The notes beneath the pieces were generated by a model. That model had not been told where the DNA came from, searched no databases, and saw nothing but the letters and a program-made list of their open reading frames with translations. A stretch of DNA of 60,704 nucleotides, filler included, from Porpidia crustulata (taxonomy: Eukaryota), in the NCBI GenBank assembly GCA_964255105.1. It is 9 parts of 9 records of this genome, joined end to end, with 100 filler letters (N's around TTAATTAATTAA, not from the genome) between each part and the next. Parts side by side here need not be neighbours in the genome. Positions count along the whole stretch, not along the records: positions 27,077 to 33,733 come from CAXUWE010001486.1; positions 33,834 to 40,483 come from CAXUWE010001487.1; 7 more parts are not named here. The stretch is one strand, 5' to 3'. How positions within the stretch are numbered: position 1 is the first letter of the stretch; the number at the start of each line of letters is the position of its first letter. A program made the translations under genes and the position numbers. Positions 26,977-39,275 of the stretch are shown in pieces.

Positions 26977-27076
26977 NNNNNNNNNNNNNNNNNNNNNNNN
27001 NNNNNNNNNNNNNNNNNNNNTTAATTAATTAANNNNNNNNNNNNNNNNNNNNNNNNNNNNNNNNNNNNNNNNNNNN
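26977..27076. other. Artificial contig linker
   Basis: N44-TTAATTAATTAA-N44. Confidence 0.98.
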
Positions 27077-27452
27077 CTTTCCTTTTGTGGGAAGTGTGGA
27101 GTATGATATTGGTGCCTAGTTTCTGTACCAAGTATGTTTTTCATCGATGCCTGCGATAGCGCTATCGAAAGGTTTAATGTGTTGCAGGTTTCGTTCGAGA
27201 AATTTGGGATTGAGAAGATGGGAGCGAGACGGCGGGAATATGTACATCTTAAGTTGCGACGCGGAGGTCTTCAGCTTGAGATTATGAGTCGTCAGCCATC
27301 ACTTTCGTAGACCACATTCAAGTTGTAAGAAGTCATGGCAAGTCCATTGTAGCAGAAGCCACTGCATCGAAAAGGAGCGGACACGAAATAAAAAAAGCGA
27401 CAGCGCGACTTAGATTGCCACTATCCCTCAAAAAGCTACACCCGTAGATCTA

Positions 27453-29513
27453 TTAAGCAAGCTCCTGCGTCTTTCCAATGCCTCTCAGAACCTGAGCACA
27501 AATTCGCAGACTCGGAGCTAGCTCTGTATACCGCTCTACCTCTTCGACAGCACCCATAAGCAACCCATCAAGATGTTTTGGTGGTGGCAAGTACTGCAAC
27601 AGGCTCGGCGACATGCTCGCCCCCATGGCAAGCAAAGTCTGGCTTACGAGTGAAAGCGCGCTCTGCCACAAGTAAGGGACATAATCAGGACGGTCAGCGG
27701 AGACGTCTTCAATTTGCCGAATACAAGATTCAAGACACTTGCTGCAATTCTCTCGGATAAAAGGAACCCCGAATGCGTTCTCATCTTCAAGAACAGCGAG
27801 AACATACGGACGGAAAATCGCTGTGCGAGCGGCGAAATAGCGGGAACGTAAGACAATCTGAGCGGGATGAAGGAGGACGTCGCGATTAAGATGAAAGCGG
27901 AAGTTTGTGGGGAGGTTGTCGTACCAATCCTGGAGTTGAATTTCAAGTCCATGAGAGATTGGCTCGAGGGCATCAGGCGATGAAGACTCCTTTAGGGATA
28001 TTTCTTGGCTGATACGAGTGCGAAGTCGGCAAAGGTCAATGGCGGCGTGAAAGTACCAGAGCTCGTCACGTCCAGGCGAGTCTTGGAAGGCTTGAAAAAA
28101 GGTGGGCAACGCAACACTCTCTTCGAATTGGGTGATGCCAGAGCGGGGGAGATCTAACTGCGTGATGACGTCGCTCTCCGCGAACAGTATGTTCCAGTAC
28201 AGTCGCTCGCTAAGCTGCATGGACTGTACAGGTATGGCTCCTGGGACACGGAGGAGTAGCTGCATTTTCATGCTCGAGTTGCTGATCAGGGTCCATGCTT
28301 CTAGTGGTCGTACTAGATAAGATAGATATGCAGCAGCCAAGATACTGCATTGTATCGAAATGATGGAATTGCTGGTGATCAAATTCGAAAGTAAGCCCCA
28401 AGCGGCAGAGAAGTATTGCATCCCTGACGCCTCACTGGCTTTTGGTAATTGTGAGATAGATCCTTGAAAGCTTGCGCTGCCTAGAGCAAGGACAAAAAGA
28501 ACCACACAGCTCTCTGGGCCTTCGCGGAACAGTACGCTTTGCGCTTTTTGATAGTATCCCGCCCACTCATGAGGATTTACACACGCGTACCAGATATTGA
28601 CACGTTCAAAGAAAGCATGGATCAGCCTTGAGGTGTCTTCGAGATCTAAGCTCAATGGAGGATCAATGTGTAATGGCTCTCTAGCAATCTCAACCTGTAA
28701 TAGATTCTGCGGATCTGGAGGCCGTACTACCAAGGTCTCCATTTTCGGCCAGCGTAGTATACCCAATGCAGACATCGTTGGAAGCGTCTGCGGAGGATAG
28801 AATGTCGAGTTCGGTATAGGCATTGGCCTTCTTTCAATAGCTTGAGGCGTACTGAGCACACCATCTGTACCAGCGATAGCCCCAGGTATTGTATTTTCCC
28901 GGCTGCCTTGCATCATGTCGTCCGGCCGTAGAGGATCCAGGTTCACATTCAAGCCTCGATGATGACCACCCAATGTCGCCTGCAGAAAGACTTTCATCTT
29001 GTCAAGATCTTCCATGATCATTTTCTCGCCGGCAGTAAGCTTTATGCCCGGCTCCCGATAGACACAATCAATGCGTAGTTCTATGCACAGCTTGCACCTA
29101 GGTCTGGCGCCATCGCATCGTGACTTCCGCCCCCGGCAGAGCTCGCACTGCAGGCTATTAGTTTCATCACACATGAACATACAGTGATAGAAGATTACTG
29201 CTATCGTAGCTCGCTTCCTAGGATATCCAAGCATATCTGTTGAGCGCTTTCTTGAGGTCAATACAGGATTGTTACTTTGACTGTTGACATCTGTTTCGTT
29301 ATCATTCGACATTATGTCTGATTGGTCATTCTGTCGTATGCCCATCTCACTGCTGTAAGCCCCCTGTGGTGGGCCTTGGAATTGATTGAACAGCGCTGGA
29401 GTAGCATTGATCGAGGATGGAGGTGTCGTCATTGGCTCCGTTGAGCGGGCATTCGACGGCGAGGACTGATTGCTAAGGTTACGGCCAAGGAGAGGCCTAT
29501 TCAAAGATTTCAT
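27453..29513 (-). CDS. Zn(II)2Cys6 transcription factor with fungal-specific TF (MHR) domain
   Basis: RKRATIA|CELCRGRKSRCDGARPRCKLCIELRIDCVY after removing an in-frame 51-nt intron (29148-29198, GTAATC...CTAAT...CAG); ERLYWNILFAES region. Start codon uncertain. Confidence 0.9.
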   Translation of the reverse strand: MKSLNRPLLGRNLSNQSSPSNARSTEPMTTPPSSINATPALFNQFQGPPQGAYSSEMGIRQNDQSDIMSNDNETDVNSQSNNPVLTSRKRSTDMLGYPRKRATIAVIFYHCMFMCDETNSLQCELCRGRKSRCDGARPRCKLCIELRIDCVYREPGIKLTAGEKMIMEDLDKMKVFLQATLGGHHRGLNVNLDPLRPDDMMQGSRENTIPGAIAGTDGVLSTPQAIERRPMPIPNSTFYPPQTLPTMSALGILRWPKMETLVVRPPDPQNLLQVEIAREPLHIDPPLSLDLEDTSRLIHAFFERVNIWYACVNPHEWAGYYQKAQSVLFREGPESCVVLFVLALGSASFQGSISQLPKASEASGMQYFSAAWGLLSNLITSNSIISIQCSILAAAYLSYLVRPLEAWTLISNSSMKMQLLLRVPGAIPVQSMQLSERLYWNILFAESDVITQLDLPRSGITQFEESVALPTFFQAFQDSPGRDELWYFHAAIDLCRLRTRISQEISLKESSSPDALEPISHGLEIQLQDWYDNLPTNFRFHLNRDVLLHPAQIVLRSRYFAARTAIFRPYVLAVLEDENAFGVPFIRENCSKCLESCIRQIEDVSADRPDYVPYLWQSALSLVSQTLLAMGASMSPSLLQYLPPPKHLDGLLMGAVEEVERYTELAPSLRICAQVLRGIGKTQELA

Positions 29514-32418
29514 GATACCGTCATTCGTAAAATAGAATGTTCATCTCCTCTTGAGGTCGAGTGGGTGGGCATGGTGGCAGTGAGAGACCAATGGCGCCCG
29601 TGGTCGAAACCAGGGACGCTAGGCGATCCGAACACCATTGCCAATCTCTTCAACTGCTGCTGATGCATGAAGGAACAAGATTCGTACGAAATCGTCAACG
29701 GCTGAGGGAGGCGTGGCTTTCCATGCTTTACTTTTAATATTCAAGAACACACACATTATCCATTGTATCAATAGCTATTTTTCTGTCTATTTTAGAGGCC
29801 GTTGAGCCGCTGCCGCTAACGGCTGATGAGGCCCGATTTTCCACAGCCAGTGCTGAAGCAATATCTTCTTCGAGCGTTTAAAAAGACCTATTGCGCATGT
29901 CAAGTTTTCTATATTAGGGTCTCCTCTTCAATTTATAATTCCTTTCCAACCCGAGATCCGAAATCACACCTGATAGCAAAAAGTCTGTACAAGTAAAAGC
30001 TTGCACGGATGTATTGCCACAGGATCTACCTTGTGACTGCTCACCTACTGTCCGCGTGTATGGCTCCGGCCTCGCACACCATAATGGAGTATCCCCTCAC
30101 TCGCCATGGCCGAACCATAAGGCCCTCATGGGTTCCGATACCTTTTAGTCCAAGCTCCATTGCCGATATACTGGAGGAGAACATCCGGCTGTTCCCCAAT
30201 CCTGTGGAAATAAAGCCTCATATATCTATGGGCCGATATAACCTGACAACCACAAGGCAGACTTTCAGCTCCCCGACCATTCATTGGCAATCGAGTCTCC
30301 AATTCAACTACTAAAGCGACTCTGGGAGGTAATGTCACAAGAGCCGCTATGGACCAAAATGTCTTCTCTACTATTTCCAGCCAAACTCCACCGGCTGCTA
30401 TGACGCCACCTGATGCAACTTGGACGAACTTGCAACCAGAAAAGGTATAGAACCATGGCAGGCAAGCAGGCCTTAGTAAAAGTATGTAATCAGGGGTGGG
30501 TTTTGGTAGGAGTGACTTAACATTGACACGACTTGTCTTCACGGATCCTCCCAGCATCGCCCGACAAGCTCTAATGATTCTCAAAGCTGCCTAAGGCCTG
30601 GGGATCTATATTCAAGCGATTCCGAGTGGATACAACATACTTCTACAACGCCCTCTACCCCGAGCTGGCAGTCTTTCACGTCGCTGTTACGCTACCAAAC
30701 CCTCAATCCTATCAATAACCACCTGACCTTTCCAAGCAAGCAATTTTCAATACTACTGTCGGTCGTAGCGGGTACAGTGCTGGCATAGAATTTTGCAACG
30801 ACTTTTGTATATATAACTTAAGTGTCATGCACCGCATTAGACCAAGCGATATTAGGCATCTGCTTCAATAGCATAGCATTTCCAACAATGGGAAAAGCTT
30901 GCTCTTACTTACATCTTCTGTCTCGGCGGCTTGCCAATTTCTTGTCATGCTACACCGTTCAGGAAAAAGACTTACAGAATTACAGTACCATGACTCTTAC
31001 GCAAGGAGTACCTTTTTCCAGACAGATTTGAACAACATCAATAAAGTTTTTTCCCTTATGAGTCACCTTCTCCATCTCTCCTTTACCTACGTTGGTACGT
31101 TGGTTGTCGGGACTTTCGCTGACACCGCGCTCTGGTCCCACGTCGAGTCCGCCTTCTCCTTCGTCAGCGTCTACCTCCAAAGCATGACCACCCTGCTCTG
31201 ACAAGCCATGGTGGAAGTGACACCCTCCTCCAGGTCAGAATGCAGCTGTGGAGACAAGCGTGGCAGTGATATTAGCTACCTAGCTCAAGCACGCAGGTAA
31301 AGTTATAGTATAGTACCGAAGAGTGCCAACGGCACGTCCAACGACAGCTTGCGATAGCCGTATATGGGACAAGCAGATCGGGATGTAGGGATTGGCGGGG
31401 ATCGGCGGTTCCGTTGGGAAACAGTGGGAGGAGAGATGTGGGTGGGTTTAAATGAGAGAAGGACCTGGCGGTTGGCGTTTGCTATGATAGAAATAGCTAA
31501 AGTAATCGGGCTCCGACTCGAAATATCTACTTGCAACCGGTCTGCACTGCATCTTATGATTCGTCGAGCGACAAGCGAACGCGTCCCCGAATAGAGATGA
31601 TATTAGCTTACAAATTCCATGCTGCCGAAGCCTTCCTGTTGAGACTGAGGAACAGCATATGATTGAGTCTCGTAGTTATCGCAAGGCTGCGGTGACTTTC
31701 TTGCCCGAAGTCAAAGACTCAGCCGTGCGAGTATCTCTCATGATCCCGCTTTTCAATTCAGTGTAGCCTTATAATCCATTATTCCGATGAGGTGTAGGGT
31801 TATTCAATACGACAACGGCGTGAGGGATAGTTTGGCGCATTGAGGCTTGGCCCGTACTTTTCGTCAGGCCGTCTGCAGCCAACGTGCATCAATACGTGCC
31901 CAAGCTCTTCCACTTGCGGAATGAGTCACTACCAAACAGGCTCTTGGCTCCAGCGATGATGTTGAAGTGTTTTTTTCAAGATGACAAAATCCCAGGCTCT
32001 AATCTCGACAATATGTCCAGAAGAAAGGTTGTGCTGAGCAATCGTTCGTGGCGGACTTGATTTGGATCTTTTATCCAGCATGTTAGTAATTGGTGATGGT
32101 AAAGGAAGGTAAGGTAAGGTAGGCAACGAGGAATAAGCCCTAGAGTACCTTCTAATGTCCATGCGACATGATTCAGCCCAACGGTCTGGAGCTGGCGACG
32201 ATGTGAAGCCAATCGTTTCGTGCCGTTGAGCCTCTTCACCCACCCCACCATCATCGTCATACCATTTGCCGAGTATCCCCTTTGGTTCTTATATCAGATC
32301 AGGCTGAGAATAACTCCTGGTTATCCCCATACCTATCATATTCCTGGTTGCTACCCCTAAGCTCCTTGTTCTTTTTGGAAATACTAAATCACCTCATAAC
32401 GCTATTGCGCCTGCAAAT

Positions 32419-33733
32419 ATGCTCGACATAGGGTATGTTCCTCTCCCCTTGAAGAATGCAATTCCAACTGATAAGTCGTGTGTGAAGGACTGTATCCTCG
32501 ATTCTCGGGGTCGCGGGTGCTGGCTTTCGACTGTCCTTGGTTCTGAATGCAGTCGGCGCAGAAATGGAAGATAGAGATATGGAAATTCAAGCCATTGCAC
32601 GGGGCATTTCCTCGTTCTCGCTGATGCTCAAACAAGTTGGTATGAATATGCAAGCGGGGAAATCGCTTGCATCTCAAAGAGTACTCGAAACTGTGGCCCA
32701 CATCGCCAAACAGAGCCAACAAGTCTTCGACGAAATGAAGCGGATGATCGAGATGGTGCAAAGGAAGGACGAGAATGGAAACATTCAATCTATTGCCATT
32801 GCGCAACGGGTGACATGGTGCTTCAAAAAGCAGCGGGTACAATATCTACTAGGGCAGCTTGAATCCCTCAAACTGAGCCTATCCCTTGTGCTGCAAATAT
32901 TACAATTGGCGAGGACTATCGCGTCTGAACGGTATGTAATCGTCCAGGCTCGGGGACCATGAGCTGACGATGGCTTCCAGTGAAGATCCACCAAAACCAC
33001 CACTCTCAGAACATGAAACGCTACAGGAGCGGGCCGAGATTCAAAATATGGTTGTCGTTCGACATTGGTCACTTGTGGAGCTTCGGCGGTTGTACCAACA
33101 CGCGGAGCACGAAGACGTTGATGCCGGGGAGAATCTATTGGCAGTGCAGAACGGTGCTACACCTGCCAAAGCTGATCCTCGTTTGCAAATTGAAGCTGTA
33201 AAAGATGAGACCGACCCGTCGACGGCTATGATTAAGTACCATGAGACGCCGCTAAGTCATTTGGATGCCTCGATGAATAAGGTCATGTACCTTCCAAACC
33301 GTCTTCTGCATGCACCGGATGACAATATCGTGGATCATCTACTGGACGAGTGGACTCGCTTGCGTGATTTACACCCTCGATCTCCTCGACAAGAGAACAA
33401 ATACAGATCTCGTTATGACAGCGACGATGATTCTTCATCAAGCACAGGATTTGAGAGATCTGATGGCATTGGCGGCAGATACATAGAAGGTCCGAAAAGC
33501 AAAAAGAATGTCCGTTTCCGCGCTCGCGTTGAGAGCGATTCTGAAGATTCCGACAAGACCAAACACGGCCGAAAAGCGCCAAGTCGTCACGTCCTCCATT
33601 CCGACGACGATACCGATTCTTCATCCGGCTCGCCAGTCCCCCCCTCCGCCCGTCGTAACAGTGATGGGAGCACCACGCGCCGCAGCTCTACAACACAAGA
33701 TTCCCCGATCGACCGGAACCGTCGTCCCTATAC
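32419..33733 (+). CDS. Protein with fungal HeLo-like (Helo_like_N) N-terminal domain and disordered Ser/Asp/Arg-rich tail; 3'-truncated
   Basis: Spliced MLDIG|TVSSILGVAGAGFRLSLVL...ISSFSLMLKQVG...RVTWCFKKQRVQYLLGQLESLKLSLSLVLQILQLA; introns at ~32433-32487 and ~32932-32980. Confidence 0.65.
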
Positions 33734-33833
33734 NNNNNNNNNNNNNNNNNNNNNNNNNNNNNNNNNNNNNNNNNNNNTTAATTAATTAANNNNNNNNNNN
33801 NNNNNNNNNNNNNNNNNNNNNNNNNNNNNNNNN
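33734..33833. other. Artificial contig linker
   Basis: N44-TTAATTAATTAA-N44. Confidence 0.98.
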
Positions 33834-35334
33834 AGAAATTGTGGACGTCGAGAATATTCGATGCTAGGGTTGGGAATCAGTAACAGGGTGGTTTAATGGG
33901 AGGAGTCATGGCGCGACAGAGGACAGGGAGCTTACATAGGTTGACGTCGACACGGCTTTTAAACAAGGATCCGAGGATCTTAACCACCTCTTCGCGCTTC
34001 ATGCCCAGGTTCCCGGTCAGCGCGAGGCGTTTCGGCACATGTTGGGCTTCCGCCATTTGGTCCGCCATGCGCTGCTCGAAGAAGCAGAGTTTCGTGCTCT
34101 GGGCGATGGCGTGGGACATGGCGAGCTTGATCATGTGGTCGCCGCTCCTCAACGTGATCATGTCGTTGAAGACCCGAGGTCGAGGTGTCTCGGGCGAGTA
34201 TTCAAAGTGAAATTCTTCCGTTTCAAAGTCTTCTTCGCCAAGGGCCCGAGTTGCCAACGCGATGCCGGTTTCTGACTCGGAGAATGTGATGTCGGCGAGG
34301 ATGTCTTTTTCCTGGCGCTCTGTGAAGTTCCAAAAGACTACCACGCCGTAGGAGAAGACGAACATTTCGGCAAACATGAATGCGTCGGGAGCTACTCTCG
34401 ATGGGCTGGTAGAGCGCCCAGCGTCGTCGCTTTCTCGTCGTCGATGGGTCCCGTTGCCGTTCATCTCATCGGATTCCACTGTCCGTGGTCTTTCGTCATC
34501 TCCAAATTCCCGCACGCGAAATCTTTCTCCTCCGTCTTCTTCGAAAAATCCTTCGCCGTAGTCTCTCAACTCACTCCTTTCCATTTCTTCATCCAAGACT
34601 ACTTTTCCCCCAGGGCTCTTCAGCACTGGGCTACTCCGTATCCTATATCTATCGCTCCCCGGCAACAGTGGTAGATGGTATACTGCATATAAACAATCGT
34701 CGTACAGTTTCGTTCTTGCGCCATGTTTACTCTTCAAGAATGTCGCCGTGGACTTCAATTTGTAAGCTTGCGAGGTACAATATGCCGTCACCCTAGCCAA
34801 TTTCTCCGCTCTCCTGGCCTTGGGTAATCTCTCGGCATAACTCTTACCCTTTTTCCCGCCAGTTTTTCGAAGCGCTTCCTCGTCGTCTTGTATAGGCGCA
34901 GCATCGTTGTCTTCGTCATAGTCTGCTTTCTCTTCAATCTCCTCATCGGCGACCGGAGTCTCTGGTAAAAGTACAAGCTTCTCGCTTACTTTTGTACTTC
35001 GCGCAGGCATGTGCTGGGGAATCAGACGACCCGCAAGCTTCGGGTCTGCGGGTCTCCCAGAGCCTGTACGTAGAGCACGGGGTCGCGCGCTTGGATTTCG
35101 TTGCTGCATTGACGGGATATCCGAGGCGTATTGAAGGACGCTGTCGACAGTAATGAACCTGGAGTTTTGGCGCATGAAAGGTGGAGAGGGTCGATTCGAA
35201 GGAGGACGTTGCTCCCGTGAGTCGGTCACCTACACGAAACCATTCACATCAATAATAGCTCTAAGGGGAAAACACCGTGGGCTTACTAGAACAGTAGGAC
35301 CTCGTTTCCCAGCTGCTGTAGGCATTGGAGCCAT
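33834..35334 (-). CDS. RMD8: RMD1/RMD8-family (DUF155) sporulation protein, RMD8 type; 3'-truncated
   Basis: RVTAYCT, KLYDDCLYAVYHLPLLPG, FVFSYGVVVFWNF, PRVFNDMITL, SHAIAQSTKL; first exon MAPMPTAAGKRGPTVL. Confidence 0.85.
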
Positions 35335-35765
35335 GGTGGGATGAATTATAGAAAGCCCACAGGATTCATTCCCAATGTACTATACCAAAAAAGAAAGGCG
35401 ATCTTGCTCTGATTGGGGTGAATTGCTTTCGTTATAGTAAACTGAAGCTTGAAAGTCCCAGATTTGGCCTAGCTCGGACGTCATAAATCCATGACAGGCC
35501 CGAGTCACATGATCGTCAGTATCTACAATTTCCAGCTTGAATATGATCAGGTACTTGTAGTGGCAATTGGGGGTTTGAATGATTGCTAAAGGTCGAAATA
35601 TTATATATCATAAGCAAACAACTTGATAGTGAAGTCTAGGATATGAATGATCTAGTCTCTCAACTTCGATAGAAGCGCAGGCATGCAGGTTATGCTCCAA
35701 CCGACCACCAACGCCACGCTGAATGGCATGACATCGTAACTCCACATGAAAGCCAGCCCAAGTGA

Positions 35766-38700
35766 TCAAACGGTCTCTATGTCCTGCAATGGTAGATATC
35801 CATCATCTACTTTTGCATCACTCGTTACCAAACCCCAGATCCATCTCCTTGTCCTGCCTGCAAGACCATTGGGGTCTTTCGACATTCCCATCCCTTTCAT
35901 TCCTCCTCCTCTCTCCAAACTCTCCATTTGCATCCACCTCGGCCTCTGCCAGAATTTCAAGAGTAAGCTGCTCCCCACAACGCTCACACTACTTGCCGCC
36001 ATAGCTGCTCCTGCGGCCATGGGCGGAAGCATAAATCCTCCAGGAAGCATGAGTCCAACTCCCATCGCAAAGGGCAAGCCAATCAGATTGTAGAGACAAG
36101 CCCAGAGTAGGTTGAGCTTGATGCGGCTGAAGATCGTCCTGGATAGACTCAAGGAGGCGGGAACATTCAGCAGGTCTTCAGGGCGCATGAGCACAATATC
36201 TGCGGCTTCCATGGCAACATCTGTGCCTGAGCTTAAGGCAATGCCGATGTTTGCAGTGGCAAGGGCAGGCGAGTCGTTTATGCCGTCACCGACCATAGCG
36301 ACCATGACACCTTCACTTTGAAGCTGTTTTATAATGCTCTGCTTTTGATCCGGTGATACGCCTGCGTATATGTTTGAAGTGGAGATGCCGACGCTTTTTG
36401 CGACAGAAAGAGCTGTGGGCAGTTGATCTCCTGTCACAAGGGAGGAAGAGATGCCCATCCTGTTAAGCGCAAGAATGGTAGCGCGGGCAGAGGGTTTGAT
36501 AGTGTCGGAGAGGGATATATTGCCGGTGTATGCTCCATCGATCGCAATGTATATTTGCGTGATGCCTGAAGAAGGGTCTCTGGATATTCTTGTAGGAGAA
36601 GTAGGCGAGATTATTTCGGCATCGCTTGGTATGATGACACCGTTCGAGAGTAGGTACGATAAATTCCCAACCAAAACTTTGTAGCGTTGTCGCTCGGCCG
36701 AAGTGGCTGGCTCGACATAAGAAGATACGCCTTTGCCAATCACAGCCTCGAAATCACCAATACTTCCATCGATCATCTCTTCGCTGCCAATTGCAAGCTC
36801 CTCTTTGGCAGCAGTTAGGATAGCCTTGCCAATGGGATGTTCGCTGCCCATTTCTGCCAAACCAACGATAGACCACCATAGTCTTCGCCGCCAGTCGTTT
36901 GCTTGCCAAGTTTGGACCAAGTTGATTTCAGCAACACTCATCTTGCCCATTGTTAGTGTACCAGTCTTGTCGAATACAATATGATTGATCTTTGTTGCCC
37001 TTTCCAACGCGGCCCCACCCTTCACAAGTATTCCTTGTTCAGCACCAACTCCGGTACCTACCATAACGGCAGTCGGGGTACTTAAGCCAAGTGCGCATGG
37101 ACATGCAAAGACGATTACCGATATACAAAGTTTCAGACAAATCATGAGCTTCCCACCACTCTCAGGCATTTGAAACACCTTTGGTGGTTCGGGAAGCGTA
37201 TGGCTAAGGATCATCCAAGCGATGAAGGTCAACAATCCAAGGGCGATGATGGTGGGTACGAAGTAGCCCGCAACAATGTCAGCCATACGCTGGATGGGCG
37301 CACGGCTTGTTTGGGCTTCTTGGACCAACTTCACTATTTGGCTCAATTGAGTATCCCGCCCTGCCCGTGTCACGCGAAAGTCTACTCTACCAGCACCATT
37401 GACAGTACCTGCCATGAGATTACTGCCTAGTTTCTTCGAAATTGGCATTGCCTCGCCAGTGACCATGCTTTCGTCGACAAAACTTTGGCCCCGGGTGACA
37501 TTGCCATCGGCTGGAATTTTATCGCCAGGACGGAGAATCACAATGTCACCAACCTCGATTAATTCTGTTGGTATGGTCTTTTCCTCTGCCGCATTAGTGG
37601 TTTGCGGTTGGTCGATGGCAGGCTTTTTCTCGATTGAATGTGGTAAAGCACCATTCCATTCTTCGGCTGCTTTGTCCGCAGCAATGGGATCGGCATATAT
37701 GGTAGCCATTGAGGGAGCAAGAGACATAAGCCTCGAAAGAGCTTTCGACGTTTGACCTTTCGCTCTATTCTCTAGCCACCGGCCAAGAGTTATAAAAGTT
37801 ATGAGCATGGTACTGGTCTCGAAGAGTATACTTGGGCGAGTGTGGGGTTCGGTCAATATTGAAACCAACATGCCAGCCACACTGAAGAAGAAAGCAGCAG
37901 AAGTTCCTAGAACAACGAGTACGTCCATCGTAGGCGATCCATGCTTTAAAGATTTGTAGGCTGAGATGTAGAAGCGTTTGCCGATTCCGAATTGCACTGG
38001 GGTGGTAAGACCAAGACAGACTACATCTCCAAGGTAGAGACCAGGTATCCACATAAGACAGGACCCGTAGTCGAGCCACGCAGGAAGCATTGGCATTATC
38101 ATGCTGACGAAGAATACAGGAATGGCGAAGGAGAGCGAGTAGGTGAAAGCTCGCCGCCATTCTTGGATTTCTCGCGTCTTTGCTAATGATTCAAGCTGAG
38201 CATTGTTGTCATCAGAATCCGCAATCAGTGCATTGTACCCTAGGGTTTCCACAGCCTCCACTAGCACCCGCAGGCCCGCCACGGAAGGGTCGTGTGAGAT
38301 ATTAGCTCTTGATGTGGAAAAGTTGATGGTTGCCGATTTGACCCCAGGAAGTAATCGTAGAGCATCTTCCAAAACCGTGGCATTGGATGCGATTTGAAGG
38401 CCAAAGATTTTGAATTGTACATTCCTAGTTGTAATCGACTGCTCTGCCGCTCCACTTTGTGATGAAAGAATCCTGGCATCGAATCCTCGGTCCTCAACGA
38501 TTTTGGCAATCTGATCCGGTAGTAATTTTGCGGGATCGTGTACCACGACTGCACGCTCTGCTAGAAGACTGATGTTGAATTTCACCATGCCTGGCACGTC
38601 CTTGAAACCTCCTTCCACAGCGGAAGTACAAGCACCACATGTCATGCCTTCGATCGCCACTGTTGTGGTCGTGAGTTCTCGTGGGGTTTGGTGTGGCGCT

Positions 38701-39275
38701 TGAGTGTGCTTGCGCTGCTTTTGCAACGGAGTAGAGCGCTGGGTATCCAATACGGTAGCCCCAAATCCTCTATCTTCGATAATATCGGCGATGGCCTCTG
38801 GTGTTAGGATTGAAATATCATGCTCGACTACAGCTCGCTCTGACAAAAGTGATATGCTCATAGACTTCACCCCCGGGACGTCCTTGAAGCCTGCCTCCAC
38901 GGCAGATGTGCAAGCTCCACATGTCATTCCCTCGATGGCCAGTGTAGTTGTAGACAAGTCTCCTGATATCACCTCCTCAGTCTCACTGGCGTCGAACATA
39001 ATTTCTTCCATAGCCTCATTCGCTCCGGGCATGGGAATATCCGTGGATAGAATCTCGGCGTCAAATCCCTGATCCTCAATGATCTCTCGAACGGCGTCAG
39101 GCGACAGCTTTGCTGGATCATGATGGACCACTGCACGCCCCATCACTAAGCTAACCGAGACATTTCCTACGCCTTCCATGTTTCTGAAACCACTCTCTAC
39201 CGACGACGTGCATGCCCCGCATGTCATCCCATCAACTCGCAAAGTTGTCATCGCCATATGTTTGGCTGTCGCCAT
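35766..39275 (-). CDS. CCC2: P1B-1 copper-transporting ATPase (Ccc2/ATP7 type)
   Basis: Three GMTCGAC HMA domains plus one degenerate, TGEA, CPCALGL, DKTGT, SEHP, GDGINDSP, YN and MAASS motifs; a single 1169-aa ORF. Confidence 0.95.
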   Translation of the reverse strand: MATAKHMAMTTLRVDGMTCGACTSSVESGFRNMEGVGNVSVSLVMGRAVVHHDPAKLSPDAVREIIEDQGFDAEILSTDIPMPGANEAMEEIMFDASETEEVISGDLSTTTLAIEGMTCGACTSAVEAGFKDVPGVKSMSISLLSERAVVEHDISILTPEAIADIIEDRGFGATVLDTQRSTPLQKQRKHTQAPHQTPRELTTTTVAIEGMTCGACTSAVEGGFKDVPGMVKFNISLLAERAVVVHDPAKLLPDQIAKIVEDRGFDARILSSQSGAAEQSITTRNVQFKIFGLQIASNATVLEDALRLLPGVKSATINFSTSRANISHDPSVAGLRVLVEAVETLGYNALIADSDDNNAQLESLAKTREIQEWRRAFTYSLSFAIPVFFVSMIMPMLPAWLDYGSCLMWIPGLYLGDVVCLGLTTPVQFGIGKRFYISAYKSLKHGSPTMDVLVVLGTSAAFFFSVAGMLVSILTEPHTRPSILFETSTMLITFITLGRWLENRAKGQTSKALSRLMSLAPSMATIYADPIAADKAAEEWNGALPHSIEKKPAIDQPQTTNAAEEKTIPTELIEVGDIVILRPGDKIPADGNVTRGQSFVDESMVTGEAMPISKKLGSNLMAGTVNGAGRVDFRVTRAGRDTQLSQIVKLVQEAQTSRAPIQRMADIVAGYFVPTIIALGLLTFIAWMILSHTLPEPPKVFQMPESGGKLMICLKLCISVIVFACPCALGLSTPTAVMVGTGVGAEQGILVKGGAALERATKINHIVFDKTGTLTMGKMSVAEINLVQTWQANDWRRRLWWSIVGLAEMGSEHPIGKAILTAAKEELAIGSEEMIDGSIGDFEAVIGKGVSSYVEPATSAERQRYKVLVGNLSYLLSNGVIIPSDAEIISPTSPTRISRDPSSGITQIYIAIDGAYTGNISLSDTIKPSARATILALNRMGISSSLVTGDQLPTALSVAKSVGISTSNIYAGVSPDQKQSIIKQLQSEGVMVAMVGDGINDSPALATANIGIALSSGTDVAMEAADIVLMRPEDLLNVPASLSLSRTIFSRIKLNLLWACLYNLIGLPFAMGVGLMLPGGFMLPPMAAGAAMAASSVSVVGSSLLLKFWQRPRWMQMESLERGGGMKGMGMSKDPNGLAGRTRRWIWGLVTSDAKVDDGYLPLQDIETV

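Noticed and set aside
29148..29198. 17-aa insertion just before the Zn2Cys6 cluster in the ORF track
   Set aside because: It is an in-frame 51-nt intron with GTAATC donor, CTAAT branch site and CAG acceptor.
30009..30790. Possible small spliced plus-strand gene
   Set aside because: It needs a frameshift or unverified splice sites and shows no motif.
38210..38430. Fourth HMA-like domain of the Cu-ATPase lacks CxxC
   Set aside because: A degenerate membrane-proximal HMA domain is, to my knowledge, usual in filamentous-fungal Ccc2 orthologues.
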